Shown piece after piece: positions 1 to 8,821 of a stretch of DNA of 64,000 bases. The stretch lies in the sequence record MH791398.1, one strand, 5' to 3'. Each line of letters begins with the position of its first letter. Within the stretch, counting starts at the first letter, position 1. The notes under the pieces were generated by a model. The model was not told where the DNA came from and did not search any database. It saw nothing but the letters and a program-made list of their open reading frames with translations. Both the position numbers and the translations under genes were made by a program.

Positions 1-2849
1 GTAACTGGGCTAATGGAACTGACAATACCGCAACTGCAACTACTCATACGGGTATTGTTGAGGTTAAACAACGATCTTTCGATAACTTGACTGTTCAGAA
101 ATTCAGTAACTGGGTAACAGTCGGTGGATTTGTAGAACCAAGAGAGTTTACAAGGGTATGGATTAATGCAGTTGAAGGTTGGCAACCATGGTTACCGACT
201 GGTGTGTGGGAACAGGTAAACACATACAGAACTGGTATTCTAAGACACAATAACTCTACTAATGACGACTCTGTTTATCCTTACGTATCTTATACCAAGG
301 AAAAATATCGTGATGGTGTTGCTGCTGGTATTCCATACACAATAGGTGAGGTTAGTTTTAGAGTTGGTGCTACAAACCGATATGATCCCCATAGTGGCGA
401 TCAGTTGTCTAGAATTATAGGTCAAGCAACAAACACAACCACAACCGGTGAATATGAAGGTACTTTGTTCTTAGCTTCTAGATATCGCAAAGGGTCTGAT
501 GGTTCGACTGCTGACACTAGTACACTAAGAATAAGTAGAGATGTTGGTGCTGAATTTACCCATGCAGGTAAGAAAGTACAGATCGAAACCGGTAATGTGA
601 ATGCAGAGAAATTTATTGTAACCACAACTGGTTATGCACTTCAATATTCCGGTAATGCAAACCAAGGAATCTATTTAGATAATAGAACAATTATTGGTGG
701 TGGTTCATCTGGTGTTGTGATTCGTCCAAATGGTTCGGGAACTGTAACTGGGGAAACTGTCTTTAATGCAACCGGTACTATATCAAATAACCAAGTTCCG
801 ACGTTGGCAATGCATTTAACAAACAAGGCATATGTTGATGGTGTTGCTCTTGGTGGTTTTAGTTCTATTATCACACTGAGAGATACAGATAACCTCAACG
901 ATATTAAAACCGCTGGTATATATAGCCAAGTTGCTAACGCTAAAGCATTAACTAGTTTGAACTATCCAGTTGAGAAAGCTGGTAACCTTATTGTTACTAC
1001 TTCCGCTGGCGTTATTCAAAAATATTGGGTATATAACTCGTCCGAAGTTTGGTCTAGAGCACAATATTCAAGTGGTGCGTGGAAGCCTTGGTATCGTGAC
1101 TATAACGAAGAGTTTAAACCTACTTCCGCTGATGTTGGGGCGTTATCTTTAACTGGTGGTACTGTAACTGGGGATGTTAGATTTAACTCTGGCAACACCA
1201 CTAGATTGACTCTTGGTAGTGGTTCTGATTATTACGTCGAACGCTCACCATCTGGATTGACATTAGCTTCTGGAACTGTCAATCCGAAGGTTAAAGTTAA
1301 TAACACAGATTATGACATATATCATACCGGCAATAAACCATCAGCCGCCGACGTTGGTACATTAACAACTGCACAGATAAACACAGAGCTTAACAAAAAG
1401 CTTAATCTGTCTGGTGGTATCATGACTGGTGCAATTCGTTGGGATGCAACAGATGAATATATCAACGCCGCGAGCAACAATATATATCTGGCTGCTAAGA
1501 CTGGTACTGTATATCTTGAAAGCAAAAATAACCCAATGGTGAGGATTGGAAGTAACGATTACACCATATATCACACTGGTAATAAACCTTCTGCTGGTGA
1601 TTTTAATGCATACACAAAAACTGAAACAGATAATTTACTTAATACTAAATTAAATCTGTCTGGTGGCACTCTAACTGGAGCGGTAACTACTGCAACCATA
1701 AAGAATGCTGTTATGATTAATAATGGTGCATCGATTAGTTTTCAAGATGGTTCTAATGCTAGATTTCATATATTAGCAGAAGGAAACACATTTAAACTAA
1801 AACATGGTAACTCAGGCGAAAACCAGATAATACAAGTTAGCCCAACAGTAACAGAACTTCAAAATCAGTTAAGTGCAAGAACTGCAATGTTTGTAAGTGG
1901 TGCAGATGGTACTAGGGTATTTGGGCTTGGAGCACAAGAATCTTCTGGTATAAACCCATACATATATGTAAGAAGATCTGGAGACACTGCAAACATACGT
2001 GTAATGACGTTTAATGATGGCGAGATTATTGCTAACCAAGACAGAATTGCTGCACCATCTTTCCGGGTTATCAATAATGCTGGTCTGATATTCACCCCGT
2101 TCGAAAACAAACAAGGTTTGTCTTGGGGGATGGGTATGGATCTATCTAATGGTAACCTTGGTATCCATCGTTATCAAGATGGTGTATGGAATCTCCAACC
2201 ATTTATGATAGGTTCGAACGGTGTGGTTACTATGAGTACGGGTTTCAACACAACCAGCGGAACAATGTCTGGTTCCCTAAGTGTTAATGGAAACATTGAG
2301 GTTGGTGGATCTGTAGGTGTTAATAGTGGTTATGCCTCTATCATTAGCAATAATAATAACAGACTAGAATTTCATCGTCCCGGATTTTGGGCAACAATGA
2401 TTTACATGAACACAGACGGTCAACTTCGATTTACATCAAGTAATGGTGCCGGTGGTGAAACTAAACTCAGAATGTCTATTGATAACAATGGTAATACCGG
2501 AATAGCAGGTTCTGTTAACGCTAATGGTGGTGTTCACGACGTAGGTCAACGAGTTTATTCACCAAGTAACCCAATTCCAGATGGTGTAATACTGAGATCA
2601 GTCGTCAATGGCGGCGGCAATATGGATATTGGTTCATATGCGATGGTCACAGTCAAATCCAACCTTGGTCCACAAGGTCCGGGGACTGTTCTCCAAGGTA
2701 CTCAGATTGCATTCTCGAACGCGGAAGGTACTAATATGGTTGCTTGTAACTATGGTATATGGCGTCTGATGGGTGTTTCTAGAGCAAATTCCCAAAACGG
2801 CGACGGTTGGGGTTCTTGGAACGTAACATTGGCACAGCGGATAACTTAA
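1..2849 (+). CDS. Long tail fibre subunit, 5'-truncated by the window edge
   Basis: Frame is open from base 3. Fibre repeats KPTSADVGAL / YHTGNKPSAADVG / KLNLSGGxxTG, and a C-terminal receptor-binding-type domain ending WRLMG...TLAQRIT. Confidence 0.85.
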   Translation, partial: NWANGTDNTATATTHTGIVEVKQRSFDNLTVQKFSNWVTVGGFVEPREFTRVWINAVEGWQPWLPTGVWEQVNTYRTGILRHNNSTNDDSVYPYVSYTKEKYRDGVAAGIPYTIGEVSFRVGATNRYDPHSGDQLSRIIGQATNTTTTGEYEGTLFLASRYRKGSDGSTADTSTLRISRDVGAEFTHAGKKVQIETGNVNAEKFIVTTTGYALQYSGNANQGIYLDNRTIIGGGSSGVVIRPNGSGTVTGETVFNATGTISNNQVPTLAMHLTNKAYVDGVALGGFSSIITLRDTDNLNDIKTAGIYSQVANAKALTSLNYPVEKAGNLIVTTSAGVIQKYWVYNSSEVWSRAQYSSGAWKPWYRDYNEEFKPTSADVGALSLTGGTVTGDVRFNSGNTTRLTLGSGSDYYVERSPSGLTLASGTVNPKVKVNNTDYDIYHTGNKPSAADVGTLTTAQINTELNKKLNLSGGIMTGAIRWDATDEYINAASNNIYLAAKTGTVYLESKNNPMVRIGSNDYTIYHTGNKPSAGDFNAYTKTETDNLLNTKLNLSGGTLTGAVTTATIKNAVMINNGASISFQDGSNARFHILAEGNTFKLKHGNSGENQIIQVSPTVTELQNQLSARTAMFVSGADGTRVFGLGAQESSGINPYIYVRRSGDTANIRVMTFNDGEIIANQDRIAAPSFRVINNAGLIFTPFENKQGLSWGMGMDLSNGNLGIHRYQDGVWNLQPFMIGSNGVVTMSTGFNTTSGTMSGSLSVNGNIEVGGSVGVNSGYASIISNNNNRLEFHRPGFWATMIYMNTDGQLRFTSSNGAGGETKLRMSIDNNGNTGIAGSVNANGGVHDVGQRVYSPSNPIPDGVILRSVVNGGGNMDIGSYAMVTVKSNLGPQGPGTVLQGTQIAFSNAEGTNMVACNYGIWRLMGVSRANSQNGDGWGSWNVTLAQRIT

Positions 2850-2855
2850 TAATTT

Positions 2856-2873
2856 GGACTCCTTCGGGAGTCC
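2856..2873 (+). terminator. UUCG hairpin after the tail fibre gene
   Basis: GGACTCC-TTCG-GGAGTCC followed by only a weak T-tract. Confidence 0.6.
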
Positions 2874-2895
2874 ATAATTTTAGAGAGAATATTAT

Positions 2896-3396
2896 ATGTT
2901 AGAAAAAATGCTTAAATTCGACGAGGGTTCGAAGCTTACTGTTTATTGGGATACCGAAGGATATCCGACTATCGGTATTGGTCATTTAATAAAGAAACTT
3001 CGTACGAAAGATATGGGGGAAATTAACCGTGAGTTAAGTTCCCATGTTGGGAGGGTTATTACCGACGGTAAGATTACTCAATCAGAAGAAAGTCAACTTT
3101 TTGCTAAAGATCTTGAGGTAGTTAGAAATTCTATGAAAGGGTATGTCGATTTATGGTCTACATATGTTGGATTAGATGAAGTCAGAAAAACCGCATTGGA
3201 AAATATGGTTTTTCAGATGGGGGCTAAAGGTGTAAATGGTTTCCCATCAATGCTTCGCGCTATGCGCTCCAAGAACTGGACAGAAGCCAAGAAACATGGG
3301 CTTGCTAGTGCTTGGGCGAGACAAACGCCAAATCGCGCTAAGAGAGTTACAGACGTTATTGAGACTGGTACTTACAAAGGTTATCCATTCGCATAA
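2896..3396 (+). CDS. e: Soluble phage lysozyme (GH24, T4 e/gp5-type endolysin)
   Basis: DEG...YWDTEGYPTIGIGHL catalytic E/D/T motif; ALENMVFQMG; WARQTPNRAKRV. Confidence 0.92.
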   Translation: MLEKMLKFDEGSKLTVYWDTEGYPTIGIGHLIKKLRTKDMGEINRELSSHVGRVITDGKITQSEESQLFAKDLEVVRNSMKGYVDLWSTYVGLDEVRKTALENMVFQMGAKGVNGFPSMLRAMRSKNWTEAKKHGLASAWARQTPNRAKRVTDVIETGTYKGYPFA

Positions 3397-3399
3397 AAC

Positions 3400-3428
3400 A
3401 AAAGGGATCCCATATCGGGATCCCTTTT
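3400..3428. terminator. Bidirectional rho-independent terminator
   Basis: AAAAGGGATCCC-ATATC-GGGATCCCTTTT between convergent lysozyme and tk genes. Confidence 0.85.
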
Positions 3429-4003
3429 TATTTTCCACTCATACCAGCAACCCAGTGTTTACGACAAACAGAAATATATCTATCGTTTCCACCAATACAA
3501 ACCTGATCACCAATAACTTTTTTACCGTTCTCATCAACACGAAGGTTCATTGTTGCTTTAGAACCACACCAACAAATTGTTTTATGTTCCACAATTTGTT
3601 CAGCCATAACCACAAGTTGACGACTTGCATCAAACATCTCTCCATTGGAGTCAGACATAAGACCATAACACATAACAGGAACATCGTAGTTATCAACAAT
3701 AAAAGCCAGTTGCTTTACTTGTTCGACCGTCATAAATTGGGCTTCATCGATAAGAATACAATCTATTTTCTTTCCGATCTTATAACTCAAATAAAGATCA
3801 GTTAAATTCTCCTTATCAGAAAACATAATTGATGGACGAGAAACCCCCAATCGTGAAGAAACCATTTCCCCATCACGAGTATCAATGCAAGGTTTTAAAA
3901 CTAAAACTCCCATTCCTCGTTCTTCATAATTATAAGCAACTTGCAATAAATGAGAACTCTTTCCCGCATTCATTGCGGAATGATGGAAATGCAAACTAGA
4001 CAT
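3428..4003 (-). CDS. tk: Thymidine kinase
   Basis: HSAMNAGKS P-loop, ILIDEAQF, VMCYGL, C-terminal Zn-binding Cys (CWCG...YISVCRKH). Confidence 0.95.
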   Translation of the reverse strand: MSSLHFHHSAMNAGKSSHLLQVAYNYEERGMGVLVLKPCIDTRDGEMVSSRLGVSRPSIMFSDKENLTDLYLSYKIGKKIDCILIDEAQFMTVEQVKQLAFIVDNYDVPVMCYGLMSDSNGEMFDASRQLVVMAEQIVEHKTICWCGSKATMNLRVDENGKKVIGDQVCIGGNDRYISVCRKHWVAGMSGK

Positions 4004-4011
4004 ATCATACC

Positions 4012-4428
4012 TCAGATAAAATCAGAAAACTTTTTACGACTCTCTTTGAGCCCTTTATAAAATGTTAATGGAAACTTATGAGCCGCAATCAATAGATCCA
4101 CAATATCACAACGAACCCGATATATTTCAATCAGGTTATCACCATCATTGGCTAACAATGCACTATACCGATGGTGTCCGTCTAGAATGTAGTTATCATC
4201 AGAAACAACAATAGGTTTTGATAACACACTATATGGTGCACTTCTCATCTTTTCCACTTTTTCTTCATTATACTCTGATTGAGTCGGAAGTAAAGTCTTT
4301 ACTTTAACCCTTTCCTTAATAAACCCAACCCCGTTTGTTGTACACCAATCCAAAAATCCGGGGACGTTCTCGGCTGCAATTTGAGGCATATTTTGTCTAT
4401 CTATACCTTTACTGTTTTCATATTTCAT
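4012..4428 (-). CDS. ParB/Sulfiredoxin-like domain protein
   Basis: LLPTQ...PIVVSDDNYILDGHHRY motif. Confidence 0.75.
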   Translation of the reverse strand: MKYENSKGIDRQNMPQIAAENVPGFLDWCTTNGVGFIKERVKVKTLLPTQSEYNEEKVEKMRSAPYSVLSKPIVVSDDNYILDGHHRYSALLANDGDNLIEIYRVRCDIVDLLIAAHKFPLTFYKGLKESRKKFSDFI

Positions 4429-4470
4429 TTCAATTCTCCTTAATATAACATATTTAGAGATTAGGAAATG

Positions 4471-4495
4471 AAAAAAGAGCCCGAAGGCTCTTTTT
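4471..4495 (-). terminator. Terminator downstream of hoc
   Basis: AAAAAAGAGC-CCGAAG-GCTCTTTTT. Confidence 0.75.
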
Positions 4496-5261
4496 ATTTT
4501 AAGTCACTTACCTTTAGAATCCGACCATTTCTGGATTCTTGAAGTTCAACTTCTCCATATTCATCAAACGCTTTAACTATGGTTTCTATTTCGTCTTTAT
4601 ATTTCAGAGAACTATAGTCTGTAAACCAAGATGGATTTTTCTTTATTTCGTCAATAACCCAGTACCCAATCCAAGTAAAGCTAGTTCCTCTATACTCAAG
4701 AGGGATAACTTTCCATAAAGACTCAAGAACCTTCGTAATAACGGTTAGGTCAACCATTCTAGTCGAAATCATTTGCCCAGAAGTAGTTTTATCCATAAGA
4801 GTCGTTTCGACCAGATAATTACCAGAGTCCGCAACAACGACGTTGCTTTTTGTTAATACCGCAGAAGTTGCACCGGATACGTTAATGGGTCCTTTCTTCC
4901 ATTGATATTTGATCGTAAAATCAGACTTGTTATCACCAGCGGTATCAGGGGTAAATTTAACGACTGCTGTCATAGTAGACGAAAAACCATCACCTTCCTC
5001 AAGGGTAATGGTCTGTAGTGGTTGTGGTGTAAGGTCCAATTCAGCCATACCGATCTCAAAAACAGTGTCTGTGTCGGTAGTATCTACCGTTGCAGTTACT
5101 GTATAAGTGGCAACATCAGAAGCACCGAAAGAACTAAGAATAAGGTCTTTTTCTGTTTTACCGGAAATGACGGTAGATCCCTTTTTCCACACATAGGTTG
5201 CACCTTCTGTGGTAATTTCTGAACTCAAGGTGACAGACGAACCTTTAGAATAAAATTTCAT
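4494..5261 (-). CDS. hoc: Hoc-like outer capsid decoration protein (2 Ig-like domains plus capsid-binding domain)
   Basis: Ig motifs (YVWKKG...DVATYTV; YQWKKG...DSGNYLV). C-terminal FTWIGYWVIDEI...EVELQESRNG matches T4 Hoc. Late promoter at 5303-5310. Confidence 0.88.
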   Translation of the reverse strand: MKFYSKGSSVTLSSEITTEGATYVWKKGSTVISGKTEKDLILSSFGASDVATYTVTATVDTTDTDTVFEIGMAELDLTPQPLQTITLEEGDGFSSTMTAVVKFTPDTAGDNKSDFTIKYQWKKGPINVSGATSAVLTKSNVVVADSGNYLVETTLMDKTTSGQMISTRMVDLTVITKVLESLWKVIPLEYRGTSFTWIGYWVIDEIKKNPSWFTDYSSLKYKDEIETIVKAFDEYGEVELQESRNGRILKVSDLK

Positions 5262-5314
5262 TTATAATACCTCAAAACGATAAAGGGGCATTATGCCCCT
5301 TTTATTTAGTACCT

Positions 5315-6166
5315 TTATTTCTTCATTACCATAGCCCATGTTTCTGGGTTTGGAATATAATCAGAAATCTTATTCACAATCTGTTTATCAAGTTCAGTTG
5401 CTTTCATCGGAGCTTTACCCTGTTGTTTAACTCTTATGTAGTTTGCTTCTTTAACATAAGAACCACCTTTACCAGATTTAGCAATAGAAGAGTCAACACC
5501 AATTTTATTGAATGCAATATACCAATCACCATCGGCATAACTCCGGGCACCTTCACCCATAGCCATTAGGTTTTTGAAGGTCATACTTGCACCCTCATGG
5601 GTTGCAACAAGAATTTCAACCGGTACAGTACGGGAACGTTCGGCGTTTTGTTTCATAGCAACGTTGATATCATTCATCACCCACACGATATGAACGTTTT
5701 CCTTGTTATAACCTAGTTCACGAACCTGTTTTGCAATTTGAGCCATCTTACCCATATCTTTAAGGGTAACGTCAAAGATCAAATTAGGTTTACGATCCTC
5801 TGGTGCAGCCAATACACCATTAAAAACACGTTTATCCATGTTCTTGGTTGTCTTGTATACATCAGATAGAAGGCTATGCAGAGTAGAAACGTTTTCTGGC
5901 TTCTTCAAGTCAAACTTGGATATATCGTGCCCGGTTTCTGCTTTAATGCGTCCAGCGAGCTTTGTGGAAGCCATAGCAAGCTCTTTTACACGGTCTACGT
6001 CTAGGGTAATACCTTCCAGACCAACTAGTTTAGAAGTAACAAATCCCTTTCCTGAACCGGCCCCACCAGCCAAGATCAAGACGTTGTTAAACTTAGGATA
6101 TGCCTTCTTTCCGAATACCATCAATTTTTCTTCCAATTGAACGAATTCACTAAATTTCATTTTCAT
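5315..6166 (-). CDS. P-loop kinase (zeta-toxin/AAA_33-like)
   Basis: LAGGAGSGKG Walker A, IFDVT, lid motif QNAERSRTVP. Confidence 0.7.
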   Translation of the reverse strand: MKMKFSEFVQLEEKLMVFGKKAYPKFNNVLILAGGAGSGKGFVTSKLVGLEGITLDVDRVKELAMASTKLAGRIKAETGHDISKFDLKKPENVSTLHSLLSDVYKTTKNMDKRVFNGVLAAPEDRKPNLIFDVTLKDMGKMAQIAKQVRELGYNKENVHIVWVMNDINVAMKQNAERSRTVPVEILVATHEGASMTFKNLMAMGEGARSYADGDWYIAFNKIGVDSSIAKSGKGGSYVKEANYIRVKQQGKAPMKATELDKQIVNKISDYIPNPETWAMVMKK

Positions 6167-6199
6167 TTTTGTTTTCCTATAGGTTGGTTACCTTGGTAT

Positions 6200-6493
6200 T
6201 TAGGCATCTACCCAATAAGAAAACTCTTCAATCGTCTTGAATACCATCATCCGTTTGTCTTTGAATCTAGTAACAACAATACCGGATTCCATAACACCAA
6301 CAATATATTCACATACCATTTCACATGGTTCATCAAAAAAGCAAACTTTAGTGTAGAAAGTTTTGATCTTGGTATAGTTACCCATATCAACAACTTCTAC
6401 CTTTTCGTAAGCTTCTTCGCAGATTTCAATAACACGTTTTACATCGTACATCTTTATATCCCTTTTTATTCTTATAGTTTCTTCACTATACAC
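6200..6493 (-). CDS. Hypothetical protein
   Basis: 97 aa ORF downstream of a sigma70-type promoter TTGACG-N17-TATAGT (about 6485-6515, minus strand). Confidence 0.65.
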   Translation of the reverse strand: MYSEETIRIKRDIKMYDVKRVIEICEEAYEKVEVVDMGNYTKIKTFYTKVCFFDEPCEMVCEYIVGVMESGIVVTRFKDKRMMVFKTIEEFSYWVDA

Positions 6494-6529
6494 AAATGAA
6501 AATCCCCCGTCAATAGACGAGGGATGTTT

Positions 6530-6931
6530 TTATTTGAAACGTTTTACCTTGTAGATCACCAGCTTAATGAACTCCAATGAATCCTCAAGTGCGTTTAAAG
6601 TTCCTTTAAACTCTGGTTTTCCATCAAGTAACTCAGCCAACTCAGAGCCGTTGTCGTAAAGTCCCTGTAACACACTCAGAGCGTCGTCTGACGCAACTTC
6701 AAAGTGGTTGTATACCAACTCGATGTCGTTAGCCAAGGCGCTCTCTGCAACCGAATCTAGGTAGTCATCTGGGAATTCCTTATAGAACTCATCAAGTGCC
6801 ATATGGAGCGCATAATTGTTGGTTGTAAGATGGAGATAGTGGATCTTTGCAACCGTCTTTAATCCAAGAGTCACAAATCTAGATACTCTATCTGAGATTC
6901 GTTTCATATCATATTTATAAGCTATTTTCAT
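6530..6931 (-). CDS. Ferritin/Dps-like four-helix protein (DUF5856-like)
   Basis: HYLHLTTNNYALHMALDEFY...DYLDSVAES resembles the Dps ferroxidase H...D...E pattern. Confidence 0.65.
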   Translation of the reverse strand: MKIAYKYDMKRISDRVSRFVTLGLKTVAKIHYLHLTTNNYALHMALDEFYKEFPDDYLDSVAESALANDIELVYNHFEVASDDALSVLQGLYDNGSELAELLDGKPEFKGTLNALEDSLEFIKLVIYKVKRFK

Positions 6932-7482
6932 TGCATTCCCAATTTAACGATTAATGATTCCATCCTGAATGCGGCATAACTAATTAGACCGTATGTGGTA
7001 TTTATTTGTTTACCACCATCCAAGTGATATGAACAACTACTACGATTAGTGAATTGTCTCTGACCATTGGTACATGTGAAATAAGGTTCATCAATAATGA
7101 TCATACTATATTTTTCAATCCTACTTCCATGAATAACATGATTGTATGTACCACGAGAATAAAACCTATTAACAAAGTCGCTAATTGACAACACTTGGTC
7201 TTTTAAATGTGGTGCCACCGACAATATAGATCTGATAGTAGGATGGTTGTGAACAACATACAAAGCGTCTTTATGTTCTTCTAACAACATAATAGCAGCA
7301 GATGTTTTTCCTGTTTGTCTTCCCATATCCAAGCATATAGTCCCCAACTCTTGTTGGAATGCATCAGGAGATATCATCAATCGACTCCTGTCTAGATATT
7401 CGGAACTTTTAAATAATTTTAATTTTTTGTTTACCATACTAACATATTCGTCTCTAAAGAAACTGTTTGGCGATATCATCAT
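6928..7482 (-). CDS. Small P-loop ATPase-like protein
   Basis: DMGRQTGKTS Walker A and MIIIDE Walker B. Confidence 0.6.
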   Translation of the reverse strand: MMISPNSFFRDEYVSMVNKKLKLFKSSEYLDRSRLMISPDAFQQELGTICLDMGRQTGKTSAAIMLLEEHKDALYVVHNHPTIRSILSVAPHLKDQVLSISDFVNRFYSRGTYNHVIHGSRIEKYSMIIIDEPYFTCTNGQRQFTNRSSCSYHLDGGKQINTTYGLISYAAFRMESLIVKLGMQ

Positions 7483-7510
7483 ATCTGTTTTACCTTCTTA
7501 TTAGTTTATT

Positions 7511-7720
7511 TTAATAAGCCATCGCGAACATACGACGCTGTTTTGCTCGAAGGTCTTCACCTTCTTTCTCTTTCAACAGTTCATCCGGCTTTGCATCCAG
7601 ACTAACCTGTTTGGCTTCTACGTTTTCCCACAGTTTGGAGTTATACCATTTTTCATTACCACCATTGGCACCACCACGACCCTCACGGGCATGACTTTTC
7701 TCATGAATATTCTTAGCCAT
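7511..7720 (-). CDS. Hypothetical protein with late promoter
   Basis: 69 aa ORF, GGAG RBS, CCTAAATA at 7750-7757. Confidence 0.65.
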   Translation of the reverse strand: MAKNIHEKSHAREGRGGANGGNEKWYNSKLWENVEAKQVSLDAKPDELLKEKEGEDLRAKQRRMFAMAY

Positions 7721-7759
7721 TTAAAACTCTCCTATAGTTGATATGAACATATTTAGGGA

Positions 7760-7945
7760 TTAAAGACTACGAATAATCGACATAGCAATCAAAACGGGCC
7801 AAATTGCTGATACAGAAAGATAATCCATAACTTCTTTAAAAGTAGGGGTCCTATCCTCTTCTCGGTCTTGATGATCGGTAATCCCAAATGCGGTAATGAA
7901 TACCAGAACACCAATCAAATACACAATAAAAATTCCAGTCAACAT
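7760..7945 (-). CDS. Small membrane protein with two hydrophobic segments
   Basis: GIFIVYLIGVLVFITAFGI and LSVSAIWPVLIAMSII; GGAG RBS. Confidence 0.65.
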   Translation of the reverse strand: MLTGIFIVYLIGVLVFITAFGITDHQDREEDRTPTFKEVMDYLSVSAIWPVLIAMSIIRSL

Positions 7946-7961
7946 ATCAAATTCTCCGTTA

Positions 7962-8210
7962 ATAAAAAGAAAAACGGGGACTATATCAAGCCAGTCAAAG
8001 CAAGATAAAGTCCCCGTTGCCGAACGTTGTCTTTGGTGTCAGACAACAACCTTGTGATAGTGGTAGGTCACACCACCCTCTTTAAAACGGGGACCATAAT
8101 CGAGGCAATATGGTCTCTTTTCGTCTAGTGACAATACAGGGTATCACCTTTACCCTTGACTCGTATTGTTTGACGCCGCTGCGCCACTCTTGGGGCGCGT
8201 ACACTTTAAA
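7962..8210 (-). ncRNA. Candidate structured RNA / attenuator ending in an intrinsic terminator
   Basis: No sense-strand ORF; at least 6 hairpins; terminal 10-bp stem plus U-tract. Confidence 0.55.
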
Positions 8211-8213
8211 ATC

Positions 8214-8465
8214 TTAACTATATTGATAACCGGCGTTAGCCTTTTTCATTTCGTAATCATCATCAACAAAAACATCGTGATTACCGTGCATGATATCATG
8301 TTTCAATTTACGATCTCGCTGACGACTCAATGTATTATAACGATCTTTGACACCCGATTCTGGATAACTAGGATATTTATCTCCCAGATCCCGATTCACT
8401 TTAAGTTCATCACCATACCAACTGTCCAGATGTTTTTCATTTTTACGACGAAATGTCTTACCCAT
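8214..8465 (-). CDS. Hypothetical basic protein
   Basis: 83 aa ORF starting MGKTFRRK with a GGA RBS. Confidence 0.65.
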   Translation of the reverse strand: MGKTFRRKNEKHLDSWYGDELKVNRDLGDKYPSYPESGVKDRYNTLSRQRDRKLKHDIMHGNHDVFVDDDYEMKKANAGYQYS

Positions 8466-8475
8466 ATATCATTCC

Positions 8476-8712
8476 TTACAGGCTTTCTATGTATTTAATC
8501 ACTCGGTTTAGTATTTCATCTGAATCATTTATCTCAATATCATCAAATGCATACTTTATCTTTTTTATTACAGTTTCTTTCTTCCATCCGATCTTGAAAG
8601 CATCATTAACGAAAGAAACCCAATCAATAATATAACCGGAATTATAAAATTTCTCTATCAGAATATCCAACGGAATACCATTTGTTTCAAACTGATAAAA
8701 TACATTACACAA
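8476..8712 (-). CDS. Hypothetical protein with an AlaRS-like motif; start uncertain
   Basis: FYQFETNGIPLDIL resembles AlaRS FxLYDTYGFPLDLT; frame remains open upstream to about 8820. Confidence 0.5.
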   Translation of the reverse strand: MCNVFYQFETNGIPLDILIEKFYNSGYIIDWVSFVNDAFKIGWKKETVIKKIKYAFDDIEINDSDEILNRVIKYIESL

Positions 8713-8821
8713 AACCGGAATACCACTATTGGTATAACCATTTACAAAAACACTATTTTTACCTTTACGTCCTAACGGCTTGCGTTTAGCGGTGACATAT
8801 ACAACCTCTCTTTTTAAGTTT

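Noticed and set aside
3236-3805. 189-aa plus-strand ORF overlapping the lysozyme and tk genes
   Set aside because: Crosses a strong bidirectional terminator and is antisense to tk
6928-7482. Possible second terminase (RQTGKT motif)
   Set aside because: Only 184 aa with no nuclease domain; the full gp17 is at 48673-50592, so it was kept as a small P-loop protein
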